Positions 8,964 to 19,727 of a stretch of 64,000 bases of DNA are shown here, one piece after another. The stretch covers positions 17,304 to 81,303 of the forward strand of contig JBEKVJ010000003.1 of the NCBI GenBank assembly GCA_049514105.1, read 5' to 3'. Positions within the stretch are counted from its first letter, which is position 1. Every line of letters begins with the position of its first letter. The position numbers were made by a program, and so were the translations under genes. Below the pieces are notes generated by a model, which saw only the letters and a list, made by a program, of their open reading frames with translations, was not told the origin of the DNA and did no database searches. This DNA comes from Acidimicrobiales bacterium (lineage in GTDB: Bacteria > Actinomycetota > Acidimicrobiia > Acidimicrobiales > Bog-793).

Positions 8964-10349
8964 ATGACTGACCGGCTCTTTCCCGAGGACTTTCTCTGGG
9001 GCGTGGCCACCTCCGCTTACCAGATCGAAGGTGCCGTCGACGAGGACGGTCGGACGCCATCGATCTGGGACACCTTCAGCCACCGGCCAGGTAAGACGCG
9101 CCACGGCGACACAGGTGACGTCGCCTGCGATCACTACCACCGCCTCGAGGAAGACGTCGAGCTCATGGCGTCTCTCGGAATCCGCGCCTACCGCTTTTCG
9201 GTTGCGTGGCCGCGGATCTTTCCCAATGGCAAGCCTGCGGTCAACCAGATCGGCCTCGACTTCTACAGCCGGCTCGTCGACGCGCTGCGCGCACACGAGA
9301 TCGAGCCGTACGTCACGTTGTATCACTGGGACCTACCTCAACCGCTCGAGGAGGCCGGCGGCTGGCTGAACAGGGACACGGCCTACAGACTCGAGGACCT
9401 CGCCCGCGTCGTCGCCGATGCGCTCGGGGACCGAGTGAACCTCTGGTCGACGGTGAACGAGCCCTGGGTGGCCGCGTTTGTCGGCTATTCAATGGGACAG
9501 CACGCTCCCGGCCTCGCAGAGATGGGCGCCGGCATCCTGGCGTCGCACCACCTGCTTCTCGGTCACGGTCTCGCGGCTCGCGCCATCACCGAGACCATCG
9601 GGAGCTCTGCGCTTGTCGGCCCCGCCGTCAACCAGGCGCAAGTGATACCGGCATCGGACAGCGAGCAGGACCTCGCGGCAGCTCGTCGCTACGACGACCA
9701 CCGGAACCGCTGGTTTCTCGACCCGATGCTGCTTGGCAGCTACCCCGCAGAGCTTCTCGAGGAGTACACGAGCCTCGTCGGCGACGACTTCCTTCACGAC
9801 GGCGACCTTGAGATCATCCACGCGGATATCGGTTTCGTCGGCGTGAACTACTACTCGCCCAACCGGATCGCCGCCGCTACCAAGACCGGGACCGCGCCGA
9901 CGCGCTCGTCCTCTTTCGGCGAATGGGTGGGAACCGAGGACCGGTCGCGCACTGACGTAGCGCGAACGACGATGGGCTGGACGATCGAGCCCGAGGGGTT
10001 GACCGAGATCCTCGTGCGAATCCGGCGCGACTACGGCGACATCCCCATGTACGTCACTGAGAACGGTGCCGCCTTCTACGACTACGTCGACCCGACTGGG
10101 ACCGTGCGTGACACCGAGCGCATCGAGTACTTGAGGGGTCACTTCGCCGCCGCGCATGCGGCTATGGCCCAAGGTGTTGACCTGCGCGGCTATTTCGTGT
10201 GGTCGCTCTGCGACAACTTCGAATGGGCCGAAGGGTTCGCGCAGCGTTTCGGGCTCGTCTTCACCGACTACCGCACCCAGGAGCGCATCTTGAAACAGAG
10301 CGCCCACTTCTACCGCGAGGTCATCGCAACCAACGCCGTCAACGCGTAG
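8964..10349 (+). CDS. Beta-glucosidase, glycoside hydrolase family 1
   Basis: FLWGVATSAYQIEG, TLYHWDLP, TVNEP, VTENG, DNFEWAEG. Confidence 0.95.
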   Translation: MTDRLFPEDFLWGVATSAYQIEGAVDEDGRTPSIWDTFSHRPGKTRHGDTGDVACDHYHRLEEDVELMASLGIRAYRFSVAWPRIFPNGKPAVNQIGLDFYSRLVDALRAHEIEPYVTLYHWDLPQPLEEAGGWLNRDTAYRLEDLARVVADALGDRVNLWSTVNEPWVAAFVGYSMGQHAPGLAEMGAGILASHHLLLGHGLAARAITETIGSSALVGPAVNQAQVIPASDSEQDLAAARRYDDHRNRWFLDPMLLGSYPAELLEEYTSLVGDDFLHDGDLEIIHADIGFVGVNYYSPNRIAAATKTGTAPTRSSSFGEWVGTEDRSRTDVARTTMGWTIEPEGLTEILVRIRRDYGDIPMYVTENGAAFYDYVDPTGTVRDTERIEYLRGHFAAAHAAMAQGVDLRGYFVWSLCDNFEWAEGFAQRFGLVFTDYRTQERILKQSAHFYREVIATNAVNA

Positions 10350-10391
10350 CCCCGTATCATCAGCCGTCGAACAGCACCGCTGCGATCGGGC

Positions 10392-10826
10392 TCATTCGCC
10401 GAGGATGTGGACCACGAAGTTGCGCAACAGCGGTCCGTCGAGCTCGACGTAGTAGATCGTCTGGCGACCGCCGAGAACGACTTTGCCCTTCTCCACAGGG
10501 AAGACGACCTGCGGCCCGAGCAGGGCGGCGCGCTGGTGCGAGTGGGAGTTCACGGCCATGGCACCGTCGGAGGGCAGGAACCGGGCATGGCGATAGGAGG
10601 CCTCGCCGACGGGGACGAGGCGCTTCAGCATCGCCACGACGTCGTCTTCGACGTCGGGCAGGCACTCGTTGACAGTTATGGCGGTCGTGGTGTGCATGGT
10701 CGTGACATAGACGACGCCCTCTGACACCCCGGAGCTGCTGACCGCTTCGAGGACACGGTCGGTGATGTTGATCACCTGGGTGTCCTCTGTGGTCTGGATC
10801 GTCATTCGAAGCAGTACGGATCGCAT
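10392..10826 (-). CDS. YjbQ / UPF0047 family protein
   Basis: HTTTAITVNE, Y.H...D, N.HSH.RA.LLG, LG..QTI...ELDG. Confidence 0.88.
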   Translation of the reverse strand: MRSVLLRMTIQTTEDTQVINITDRVLEAVSSSGVSEGVVYVTTMHTTTAITVNECLPDVEDDVVAMLKRLVPVGEASYRHARFLPSDGAMAVNSHSHQRAALLGPQVVFPVEKGKVVLGGRQTIYYVELDGPLLRNFVVHILGE

Positions 10827-10828
10827 CG

Positions 10829-11680
10829 TCAGTCCTCCTCGAGGCCGAGCAGCTCGGCGGCGTTGGCATGGAAGATCCGGTTCTCGAGCCACTCACTGAA
10901 CCCGAGCGACCGCACGGCGGCGACAACTCGCTTGTGGTCGACGCGGGGAAAGTTCGAGCCGAACACGAGCTGGTGGTGAAGGCTGCGGTCCACGACCTCG
11001 AGGCCTATGTCCTGGGCGAGCACGCGCCTTAGCGAGTCGGTCGGAGTACCGCTGTAGATGACAGCGGTGTCCAGATAGACGTTCGGGTACTTGAGCGCCA
11101 GCATTAAAGCATCCGAGACCCACGGGAACCCACAGTGGGCGATGACGACACGTAGCTGCGGAAAGGCGTGGACAACACTCTCGAGCCGGAGCGGCTGAGC
11201 CCGCGAAGAGCGCCCCTTCGGAGCCCAGCTCAGCCCGCAGTGGATGAGAACCGGGATCTTGAGCCGTACACACGCCTCGTAAACGGGAAACGCCGTCGTC
11301 TCGTCGTCGATGTCGAAAAGCTGCAGCGCCGGGTCGAGCTTGAGGCCACGCAGTCCCAGGGTTCGAACCGCCGCCTCGAGCGACGCCGGGGCGTCTTCCA
11401 AGTTGGGGTCCACCGAAGCAAAGCCAATAAGGCGCGGGTACTCGTTGACAAGGCCCGCGATCGCCTCGTTCGACAAGATCTTGCAGCTGTGTGCGGAAGT
11501 GCAGTCGATGGGCAGTACAACAGCCCGGTCTATGCCCGATGCGTCGAGCTTCGCGATGAACGTCGCCATCGGCTGCGGCGACCCGTGCAGGCCGAATACG
11601 CCGTCGACGGCCGCCGCGAGACTGGGGTCAGCCTCGAATAGCTCGGCAATGTCGACCGGATGGGTGTGAATGTCGATCAC
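10829..11680 (-). CDS. Amidohydrolase_2 family metal-dependent hydrolase
   Basis: IDIHTH, IHCG, IAHCG.PW, PNVYLDT, FGSNFP, NAA.LLG. Confidence 0.88.
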   Translation of the reverse strand: MIDIHTHPVDIAELFEADPSLAAAVDGVFGLHGSPQPMATFIAKLDASGIDRAVVLPIDCTSAHSCKILSNEAIAGLVNEYPRLIGFASVDPNLEDAPASLEAAVRTLGLRGLKLDPALQLFDIDDETTAFPVYEACVRLKIPVLIHCGLSWAPKGRSSRAQPLRLESVVHAFPQLRVVIAHCGFPWVSDALMLALKYPNVYLDTAVIYSGTPTDSLRRVLAQDIGLEVVDRSLHHQLVFGSNFPRVDHKRVVAAVRSLGFSEWLENRIFHANAAELLGLEED

Positions 11681-12714
11681 CTTGGGCTGTCCTCCTGTTC
11701 TGGCGTGGAAACTCGCTGTGCCCGCTCCCTGGATCTTTCACCGGTGAGAACCTCGACTGGGTCGGACCCACAATGCGCGAACTCATAGGCCGACACCTCG
11801 GCTGCGCTCGGGTAGCGGTTGTTAAGACGGCTGACATAGATAGTGGCGACGACGGTCGCCGCCCGCATGGACTGCTCGAAGCCGAGGCCGCCCAACAGCC
11901 CCCAAAGGAGCCCGGCGTCGTACGAGTCGCCGGCTCCGACGGCATCGGCGGGAGTGGTCGTCACCGCCAACACCCGGTGGCGACCGCTGGCGTCGACCCC
12001 ATAGGAGCCGTCGGCGCCGCACTTTACGATCACAGACCCGCCAGTTTTCTCCCTGAGTACCTCACACGCGCGCCACGGGTCGGTCTCGCCACAGATGCCG
12101 GCGGCTTCGTCGGAGTTGATCACGAGATAGCTCACCTCCGGCAGCAGCCTCTCCATCGCCCTGACGGTCTCCGGCTGCCAGCCTCCTGGGTCCCCTCCCG
12201 AGTCGAGCAGGGTCGTCTTGCCCGCCCTGCGGGCTTCGGATAGGACACCGGCCGTTCCGGATAGGCCAAAGCTGGGGAGATCGAAGAGGCCGACGACGCA
12301 GATCACATCCGCCCGCTCGAGGGCGTCGCGATGACGCTGCACGAGGGCGGCGTCGAACTCGACGAGGTGCTCCATCGACCCTATGAAGGCCCGCTCGCCA
12401 TCGCTCCGGCGCGCTATAGCGACACAGAGCGCAGTTGGGAGCGACTTGCTCGCCTCGATGGCGCTCACGCCAACGCCAGCACGAGCGAGGTCACCGATGA
12501 TCTGGGCCCCCCAGTCGTCGCTGCCGACGTTACCAACGACTTCTGCCGGCACGCCGAGGGCGCCGAGGCCGAGGGCCAGATACCCCGCCTGCCCGGAGCT
12601 CGTGAGGAGGTGGCTGGCACATTCGACACCTCGTCCCCATTCGGGCAAGGTCTCGACCCCACGCAAGATGAGGTCCATGTTGAGGTTCCCGACGACGCAA
12701 ACCCGGTTTCCCAT
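11677..12714 (-). CDS. PfkB/ribokinase family carbohydrate kinase
   Basis: VVGNLNMD, G.VG.D..G, N..EA, VK.G..GS, DAVGAGDSY. Confidence 0.9.
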   Translation of the reverse strand: MGNRVCVVGNLNMDLILRGVETLPEWGRGVECASHLLTSSGQAGYLALGLGALGVPAEVVGNVGSDDWGAQIIGDLARAGVGVSAIEASKSLPTALCVAIARRSDGERAFIGSMEHLVEFDAALVQRHRDALERADVICVVGLFDLPSFGLSGTAGVLSEARRAGKTTLLDSGGDPGGWQPETVRAMERLLPEVSYLVINSDEAAGICGETDPWRACEVLREKTGGSVIVKCGADGSYGVDASGRHRVLAVTTTPADAVGAGDSYDAGLLWGLLGGLGFEQSMRAATVVATIYVSRLNNRYPSAAEVSAYEFAHCGSDPVEVLTGERSRERAQRVSTPEQEDSPR

Positions 12715-12718
12715 AGGG

Positions 12719-14803
12719 CTACTGGGTGCCTGCGGCTGCCACGCTCGGCGCGAGCGGTGATTGCAACGGGAAATGGCACGCCGCCAAATGTTCCTGTGCG
12801 AAGGAGACGAGCGGGGGCTCCTCTAGGGCACAGATTTCTTCGGCGCGCTCACAACGGGTCCGAAATCGGCACCCTGATGGCGGGCTCATCGACGAGGGCA
12901 GCTCGCCAAGTACCGTCACTCCACGTTTTGAGCGCTCGAGGGCGGGATCCGGGACGGGGATCGTCTTCAGCAACCCGGCCGTGTAGGGATGCGCCGCGCG
13001 CTCGTAGATGTCCGACCCGGTCCCAATCTCGACGAGCTTGCCGAGGTACATGACGCCTATCCGGTCGGCTAGGTACCTGACGACTGACAGGTCGTGGGAT
13101 ATGACGATGTAGGTCAGGTTGTGGGCCGCTTGCAGCCGCTTCATGAGGTTGAGGATCTGCGATCGGACCGAGACGTCGAGGGCGGAGACCGGTTCGTCAG
13201 CGACGATGAGCTTGGGGTTCAAGGCAAGCGCTCGGGCAAGGCCGATGCGCTGGCGCTGGCCCCCGGAGAACTCGTGGGGGTAGCGCTGCGCGGCCTGGGC
13301 AGGCAGGCCCACCTCTCTCAAGAGCTCGGCCACGCGACTGTCCTGCTCGGCGCGCGAGCCGTAGTGCTGGATCGCGAGCGGCTCGCGCATGATCGTCGAG
13401 ACACGCATGCGCGGATCGAGAGACGCGTAGGGATCCTGGAACATGAGCTGCAGGTCCCGCCGGCGTGCGCGCAAGTCACGGCGTCCGAGTTTGGTCAGGT
13501 CCTCGCCGCCGAAAAGTATCCGGCCTCCCGAGAGACCTTCGAGGGCCGTGATCAGATGCCCGAGCGTCGTCTTGCCACAGCCGGACTCGCCGACGAGGCC
13601 GAAGGTCTCGCCCGCCATGATCCGCAGAGAGATGTCGCTCACGGCTTTAATCGTTCCGATCCTGCGCTGGAAAACGGCGCCGGAAGTGACCGGGAACTCC
13701 TTTACGACCCTTTCGAGCACGAGCAAGGGAACGGGAGTGTCGCCTACCCCGGCCTGCAGCGCGACTGCCGTCGCTGCCGCGCCCGGAGCTGTGGGACCTT
13801 GCGTGGCGTCGCTCGCACCCAGACTGCCTAGCCCAACCTCGGCGCCGACGGGATGGAAGCACGCAAAGGGATGCTCCGGCACTGAGCCAATGAGCGGTGG
13901 CTCTTCTTCGCTGCAGCGCACGGTCGCGTAGGAACAACGCGGCGCGAATCGACAGCCTTTGGGCGGATCTGCCAGATCCGGCGGCAGGCCCGGGATGGCA
14001 TAGAGCGGTTGATGGCGAGCTTGGCCAACCTGGGGGATCGATGCGAGCAGCGCCTCGGTGTAGGGGTGCCGCGTCCCCTCGAACAGATCGAGCGTCTCGG
14101 CCTGCTCGACGACCTTTCCTGCGTACATGACGACGACCTTGTCGGCCCGCCCGGCGATGACGCCGAGGTCGTGAGTAATGAGGATCATCGCCATGCCAAG
14201 GCGCGCCTTCAAATCGTCGAGGAGCTCGAGGATCTGCTTTTGGATCGTGACGTCGAGCGCCGTCGTCGGCTCGTCGGCTATCAAGAGCCGCGGCTCACAG
14301 GCAAGTGCCATGGCGATCATCGCCCTCTGGCGCAGGCCTCCGGAAAGCTGGTGGGGATAGTCGTCGAGACGCTCCTTGGGCTTGGGCATGCCGACAAGAG
14401 CCAGCACCTCCTCGGCCCGCTTTAACGCGGCCGACCGCGAGGCGCCGCGGTGGCGAACGACCGGTTCTGCTATCTGACGCCCGATGGTCATCGTCGGGTT
14501 GAGCGAGGTCATCGGGTCCTGGAAGATGACCGCGATTTGGTTGCCGCGGACGTCACGGATCTCCCTGTCGGAGATCTTGGTCAGCTCCCGAGCCTCGAAG
14601 CGGATCGAGCCGGCCGCGACGTAGCCGCCCGGTGGCAAAAGGCTGATGATCGACATGCCGGTCATGGTCTTGCCGCAACCGGACTCCCCGACGATGCCGA
14701 CCGTTTCACCGGCGTCGACCGTGAAAGAGACCCCGTCCACGGCCCGCACGACGGCGTGACGCTGGCGGATGTAGGTCTTGAGGTCCTCGATCTCAAGAAG
14801 CAC
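12719..14803 (-). CDS. Peptide ABC transporter, fused double ATP-binding protein (OppD/F-like)
   Basis: Two GESGCGKT Walker A motifs, LSGG/FSGGQ signatures, DEP Walker B, Cys-rich oligoHPY tails. Confidence 0.95.
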   Translation of the reverse strand: MLLEIEDLKTYIRQRHAVVRAVDGVSFTVDAGETVGIVGESGCGKTMTGMSIISLLPPGGYVAAGSIRFEARELTKISDREIRDVRGNQIAVIFQDPMTSLNPTMTIGRQIAEPVVRHRGASRSAALKRAEEVLALVGMPKPKERLDDYPHQLSGGLRQRAMIAMALACEPRLLIADEPTTALDVTIQKQILELLDDLKARLGMAMILITHDLGVIAGRADKVVVMYAGKVVEQAETLDLFEGTRHPYTEALLASIPQVGQARHQPLYAIPGLPPDLADPPKGCRFAPRCSYATVRCSEEEPPLIGSVPEHPFACFHPVGAEVGLGSLGASDATQGPTAPGAAATAVALQAGVGDTPVPLLVLERVVKEFPVTSGAVFQRRIGTIKAVSDISLRIMAGETFGLVGESGCGKTTLGHLITALEGLSGGRILFGGEDLTKLGRRDLRARRRDLQLMFQDPYASLDPRMRVSTIMREPLAIQHYGSRAEQDSRVAELLREVGLPAQAAQRYPHEFSGGQRQRIGLARALALNPKLIVADEPVSALDVSVRSQILNLMKRLQAAHNLTYIVISHDLSVVRYLADRIGVMYLGKLVEIGTGSDIYERAAHPYTAGLLKTIPVPDPALERSKRGVTVLGELPSSMSPPSGCRFRTRCERAEEICALEEPPLVSFAQEHLAACHFPLQSPLAPSVAAAGTQ

Positions 14804-14894
14804 GGCCGCCGCCTCGCCTGGTGGATCGAGTGACGCTCAGTTCGCATTTGCCGCTCATTCGCGTCACCTCCCCGTGGATCGCGCTGTTGCTGCG

Positions 14895-14940
14895 GCCGAG
14901 GGCGGGTGCGGGCGGATCAATCCCGCACCCGCCGCTCGGC
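14895..14940. terminator. GC-rich hairpin downstream of the substrate-binding gene (terminator or mRNA stabiliser)
   Basis: GCCGAGGGCGGGTGCGGG...CCCGCACCCGCCGCTCGGC inverted repeat; no U-tract. Confidence 0.55.
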
Positions 14941-14965
14941 AGGCCTACTAGCTGGACTGGTCGTG

Positions 14966-16825
14966 CTAGCCGCTGACCGTCCAGAACTCAGGGGTCATCG
15001 TGTTCTGGGTGTTCTGCGGGTCGACGCCCTTGAGCCGACTCGAGATAGCCGACAACTGATAGGGCTGAAGCGGGAAGAACATGACGGGCAGGTTCTTCGA
15101 CACGTAGTCCTCATACGGGTAGAGGGCCTTTATCGTGCCGCTCGTCGACGCCGTCTGCATCAGCTTGTCGAGGGCCGGCGAGCAGTAGCCGCCCGTGTAG
15201 ATGCCGCCGCAACCGAACACGATCGTCGCCAGCGGGTAGTTGATCGGCATCCCGTACTGCCAGCCGCTCAGGTACCAGTACGCGACCTGCCAGGGACAGG
15301 CTTGACCTGCTTTGCACGGGAATGCGATCCCGACGACCTGGCTGTCAGAGTTCTGGCGCTGGACGACCTGGATGCCGGCCTCGGACGCGGCGCTCGCGAA
15401 CGCCTGTATCTCAACGGTGTACTGGATCACACCGCTTGCGTACAGGAACTGGAAGCTGAGCTTCTCGCCCTTGGTGATGCCTGCCCCGCACTCGTTGGCT
15501 GCAGTGCCCGGGCTCTGGCAGGTGTCGACCCCACCGGGGACGACCTTCCAGCCGTGCGAGCTGAGCAGCTTCTTCGCGTTCGAGATGCTGTACGGATACG
15601 GGTTCTGCTGCTGGGCCGGGTCTCCCTCCGGCAGCCCGTTGAACTGCAGCTGCGGAGTGAAGGCTGGCACAGGACCGTAGGTCGGAACGCCGAATCCGTA
15701 CAAGGCCTTTTGGATGTAAGCCGGCTGGTCGATGGCCGACTGGATCGCCTGGCGGATGTAGAGCTGTTTAAACAGCGGCCCGACGGTGGGGTTCGTGAAG
15801 TTGTACACGGCGTAGTTCATGCCACCTTGGGGCCAAGGGTCGATCCTGTAGCCAAGCGCCTTTGCCTGGGCGTCGCCGGGGGCATCGGCGAAGGGCACAT
15901 AGCCGTAGTCGATCTTGCCCGCGAGGACCTGAAGGTACTCGGCCGCGTCGCTCGTGAAGTTCAAGAACTCGATCTTGCTTAGGTGCGAACGCGGATAACC
16001 AGAGTAATTCGCGTTGGGCACGATCGTGACCTCGGAGTTCGGCTGGTACGACGAGAGCCGGTACGGGCCGTCGACAGTCTGCCAGAGCGGGTTGGACTGG
16101 TAGGAGTCGACGTTCAGCGACTCGGTGTTCAAGAACTTGTAGACCGCCTGCGCGCCGGACGGCGTGAGGTCGTAGTTGCCGATGTTCCCGTTCATCGAGG
16201 TCTTGTCCCACGCGTGCTGCGGGGCGACGAAGATCACGCTCAACTGGTTGTACAACAGCCAGTTCTGGTTGTACTTGGCGTTGAAGGTGACCGAAAAAGT
16301 CGTCGGGCTGATGTAGTCGAAGGACGTGACGTTGTCGGGGAAGTTGCCGGGGATGTAGTTGGCATAACCTGAGCGGTCGTTGCGGAACAGGTTTATCCAG
16401 AACTCGACGTCTCGCGAGGTGATGGTCTTACCGTCCGACCACTTCCAGCCCTTCAGCTTGATCGTTGCCGTCCTGCCGCCGTTCGAGAACGTCGGCGGGT
16501 AGGCGAGGCTGAGGGCCTCGTTGAATCCCGATCCACCCTTTGACCCTCCGAACCAGTACAAGGGCCGCCAGAACTGCTCTATGAACCAGAAGATGTCGGC
16601 CGGAGTATCCGATGCCGGCGCGATCATCGGAAAGATGTAGTTGGGCATGTCGCCGGGCAGGTAGGCAACTGTCACGGTGCCTCCCGAGCCTGCCTTGGCG
16701 GCTTTGGTCGTGTGTGTTCGGGCCGGGGCGCGATTCTGCGCTGAAGCCATGCTCGTGACAAGCACGCCCGCACAGAAGATGACAGCCGCGCAAACGGTGG
16801 CCACCCTCCACCAGTTTCTGTTCAT
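14966..16825 (-). CDS. Peptide ABC transporter substrate-binding protein (family 5)
   Basis: Signal peptide, KWSDG..ITSRDV.F, GPY.L, IRQAI..AID; SD AAGGAGG. Confidence 0.9.
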   Translation of the reverse strand: MNRNWWRVATVCAAVIFCAGVLVTSMASAQNRAPARTHTTKAAKAGSGGTVTVAYLPGDMPNYIFPMIAPASDTPADIFWFIEQFWRPLYWFGGSKGGSGFNEALSLAYPPTFSNGGRTATIKLKGWKWSDGKTITSRDVEFWINLFRNDRSGYANYIPGNFPDNVTSFDYISPTTFSVTFNAKYNQNWLLYNQLSVIFVAPQHAWDKTSMNGNIGNYDLTPSGAQAVYKFLNTESLNVDSYQSNPLWQTVDGPYRLSSYQPNSEVTIVPNANYSGYPRSHLSKIEFLNFTSDAAEYLQVLAGKIDYGYVPFADAPGDAQAKALGYRIDPWPQGGMNYAVYNFTNPTVGPLFKQLYIRQAIQSAIDQPAYIQKALYGFGVPTYGPVPAFTPQLQFNGLPEGDPAQQQNPYPYSISNAKKLLSSHGWKVVPGGVDTCQSPGTAANECGAGITKGEKLSFQFLYASGVIQYTVEIQAFASAASEAGIQVVQRQNSDSQVVGIAFPCKAGQACPWQVAYWYLSGWQYGMPINYPLATIVFGCGGIYTGGYCSPALDKLMQTASTSGTIKALYPYEDYVSKNLPVMFFPLQPYQLSAISSRLKGVDPQNTQNTMTPEFWTVSG

Positions 16826-16928
16826 CTAACCCTCCTTTTCCTTTATTTGCCGTAGATTCGCTGCACTTGTCTCTTGCGCCATGTCTTCTATGGACCCCCT
16901 CTCGGTGATTCGGACGTGATGACTGGGC

Positions 16929-17843
16929 TCATCGGCGTTGCAGGCGGACTTCGAGCGAGTCCCGCAGGCCGTCACCGATGAAGTTGAAAGCGAGAACCGT
17001 GAGCACGATCAGGATCCCGGCGGGATAGACCATCCACCAGTAGCCGTCGAAGAGATACTCGGTCCCGTTCGCGAGCATCCCGCCCCATGTCGCTGTCGGC
17101 GGGGGGAGGCCGAAGCCGAGGAACTGGAGCGTAGCGAGCACCAAGATCGCGTCCGCGACCTGGAAGGTGGCGTTCACGATGATCGTGCCGATCGTGTTCG
17201 GGACGATGTGCCTGAGCACGGCGCGCCAGGACCCACCCCCCATGACGCGCGTCGCCTGCACGTACTCGCGCGTGCGAAGCGAGAGAGTTTCCCCGCGGAC
17301 AAGTCGCGCCGGGCCGAGCCACGACAACAACGCGAGCACGAGGATCAACAGCAGCAGCGTCGGCTGGACCACAGAGGCGAGAAATATGAAGAGGAACACG
17401 ACCGGGATGGCCAGCACGACGTCGACGACGCGCATCATCACGGCGTCGACTGCTCCCCCGACGAAACCGGCGATCGCCCCCCAGAGCACGCCCATGCTCG
17501 TCGCTATGAGGGCAACCGAGATGCCCACCTCGATCGAGCTCTGGCCGCCCGCCATGAGCCGGCCCAAGATGTCGTAGCCGTTGTCGTCGGTGCCGAGCGG
17601 GTTCGAGCCTCCCGGCGGGATGTTCGCGTTGAGGATGTTCGAGTGCACCTGGTCGGTCTTGTAGAAAAGCGGGCCTACGAAACAAAACAGCGTCACGAGG
17701 ACGACGATGACGAGGCCCACGAGCGCGAGCCGGTTCTCTAGGAATGTCCGCGCCACGAGGCGCGCGACGCTGCCCGAGTCGTGCACCTCCCCGCCTTCGG
17801 GGACGGGCTCGGCAGTGGGCACAGGCTCGGCCGCGAGGCTCAT
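16929..17843 (-). CDS. Peptide ABC permease (OppC/DppC-like)
   Basis: PLGTD..G.DI, ARLVRG.TL, RHIVPN, GDGLRD. Confidence 0.94.
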   Translation of the reverse strand: MSLAAEPVPTAEPVPEGGEVHDSGSVARLVARTFLENRLALVGLVIVVLVTLFCFVGPLFYKTDQVHSNILNANIPPGGSNPLGTDDNGYDILGRLMAGGQSSIEVGISVALIATSMGVLWGAIAGFVGGAVDAVMMRVVDVVLAIPVVFLFIFLASVVQPTLLLLILVLALLSWLGPARLVRGETLSLRTREYVQATRVMGGGSWRAVLRHIVPNTIGTIIVNATFQVADAILVLATLQFLGFGLPPPTATWGGMLANGTEYLFDGYWWMVYPAGILIVLTVLAFNFIGDGLRDSLEVRLQRR

Positions 17844-17874
17844 CGCGCACCCCGTTGGGTGCCACGGGGCAGCC

Positions 17875-18828
17875 TCATGACGACCGGTACCTAACGCGCG
17901 GGTCGAGCACGGCGTAGGCGAGGTCCGCGATGAGATTGCCGAACACGGTCGCGATGCCGATCAGGACAGTTATCCCGAGCTCGACCGGGTAGTCCGTCGT
18001 GAGCGCGGCGTTGTAATAGGCGAGGCCGAGGCCCTGGAAGTTGAAGACGTACTCCACCATCAGCGCGGCCGTGAGCACCGATGGCAGCGAGAGCCCGACG
18101 AGCGTGGCGATCGGGATGAGGGAGTTTCGCAGCACGTGGCGGTGTCGGATCGTCCGCTCGAACAGGCCCTTGGCACGAGCGGTGCGGATGTAGTCCTGAG
18201 TGAAACTGTCGATCGCAGACGAGCGCATGTAACGGCTGAACAGCGCGCAGCTGACGAGCGTGAGCGTCGCGATCGGCAGCACGAGGCCAGAGGGGTGCGC
18301 CAGGATCCCGGTGATCGTCGCAGCCTGTGGCGCCGAAGGCGGGAAGATGCGGAACTGGATCGAAAAACCGGCGATCAGGAGCAAGCCGAGCAGGTAGGTC
18401 GGCATCGAGTAGAGAAGGAACGAGACTCCGGTCCCAACATAGTCAGGGATCCGGTTGCGCTTTACCGCCTGGAGCATCCCGAGGGGTAGGGCGATGACGA
18501 GAGCGAGCACGAGCGAGCTCCCGACCAACAAGACGTCGCGGGGAAGGTACTGAGCGACGATCGAGTCGACGCTGCGGTTCTGCTTGTAGGAATAGCCGAG
18601 ATTGCCGTGGACGAGGTGGTCGACGAAAGAGAAGTACTGCAGGGGGAGCGCCTGGTTGAGCCCCCACTCCTTGTCGAAGCCGGCTATCTGGGCCGGGGTC
18701 GCCCTCGGCCCGACGATCGCCCGGGCGATATTGCCTGGGATCAGGTGCTGGAGCAGGAACGTGAAGATAGTCACGCCGATCACGACGATCACCGCCTGCG
18801 CCAAGCGCCGGAGGATGAAACCGGTCAA
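17875..18828 (-). CDS. Peptide ABC permease (OppB/DppB-like)
   Basis: DYIRTARAKG, H.LRNSLIP, E.VF...GLG, YAVLDPR; TTG start. Confidence 0.94.
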   Translation of the reverse strand: MTGFILRRLAQAVIVVIGVTIFTFLLQHLIPGNIARAIVGPRATPAQIAGFDKEWGLNQALPLQYFSFVDHLVHGNLGYSYKQNRSVDSIVAQYLPRDVLLVGSSLVLALVIALPLGMLQAVKRNRIPDYVGTGVSFLLYSMPTYLLGLLLIAGFSIQFRIFPPSAPQAATITGILAHPSGLVLPIATLTLVSCALFSRYMRSSAIDSFTQDYIRTARAKGLFERTIRHRHVLRNSLIPIATLVGLSLPSVLTAALMVEYVFNFQGLGLAYYNAALTTDYPVELGITVLIGIATVFGNLIADLAYAVLDPRVRYRSS

Positions 18829-19727
18829 GTAGCGGACGCGCCTTTTGACGGAGCCGGGACATGCGCTGTCCGATCGGGATGGCCATGGCGGTCGAAGACG
18901 AGAGGCCAGGCGTGGCCTTCGGCGGCGGCGTCGGAGCCGTAGCTATGCGCGTAGCCGAAGGCACCGTTGTGCCCGCACGTCTCCGCTGCGGCCACGTTGG
19001 CGACCGCCAGTGCCTCATTGGCGTCTGCGCCCGCGATGATCCCGGCAAGGAAGTGCCCGATGAGGCTGTCGCCGGCCCCGAGGGTGTCGACAGGGGTGAC
19101 CGAGGTATCTACACGGTGCACCTTCCCGCCCTCTAGGACCATGGCCCCGCGCGCCCCCTCGGTAACAAGGACGATCTCAGGCCCGAAGCCGGCCGCCGCA
19201 CGGGCGAGGTCTTCGGCCTCGGCCGGCGAACGCTCCCCGGCGGAAAAGCACGCCACTCGCACATAGCGCGCGAGCCCTCGCCAGTACTCGGGTGGTCGCT
19301 CTCCGAAGTCGTAGGAGATAGGGGCCACTTCTGCCATCTGGGGGACCTGGTCCTCGCACATCGAGTTGTCCCCGCTGTGGATGATGTCGAACCCGCCGAG
19401 GTAATCGAGATCGGAGTCATCGAGCTCAAAACGCGAGACCCCGAGGTCGGCTGCCCCGAAGACCCGGTCACCGCCGACGAGATCGATGGTGGAAAAGGCG
19501 TTCGGCCCCTCGATGATGCGCGTGCGTGAGATGTCGACGCCCTCGGCGACGAGCGCGTCGCGAACGATCCTGCCTGCGGTGTCGGTGCCGAGGGCGCCGA
19601 TGTAGGCGGTCTCGGACCCGGCGCGCCGGGCGGCGACTGCCACGTTCACGGCGTTACCGCCGGGAAACACCAGCCGCAGGGCGGGATAGACGTCGACAAC
19701 GTTGTCCCCCACACAGGCGAGGCGCAT
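18825..19727 (-). CDS. frlD: Fructoselysine/fructosamine 6-kinase (PfkB family)
   Basis: GDNVVDVY....PGGNAVNVAV N-terminus, DTLGAGDS; adjacent to FrlB. Confidence 0.8.
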   Translation of the reverse strand: MRLACVGDNVVDVYPALRLVFPGGNAVNVAVAARRAGSETAYIGALGTDTAGRIVRDALVAEGVDISRTRIIEGPNAFSTIDLVGGDRVFGAADLGVSRFELDDSDLDYLGGFDIIHSGDNSMCEDQVPQMAEVAPISYDFGERPPEYWRGLARYVRVACFSAGERSPAEAEDLARAAAGFGPEIVLVTEGARGAMVLEGGKVHRVDTSVTPVDTLGAGDSLIGHFLAGIIAGADANEALAVANVAAAETCGHNGAFGYAHSYGSDAAAEGHAWPLVFDRHGHPDRTAHVPAPSKGASAT

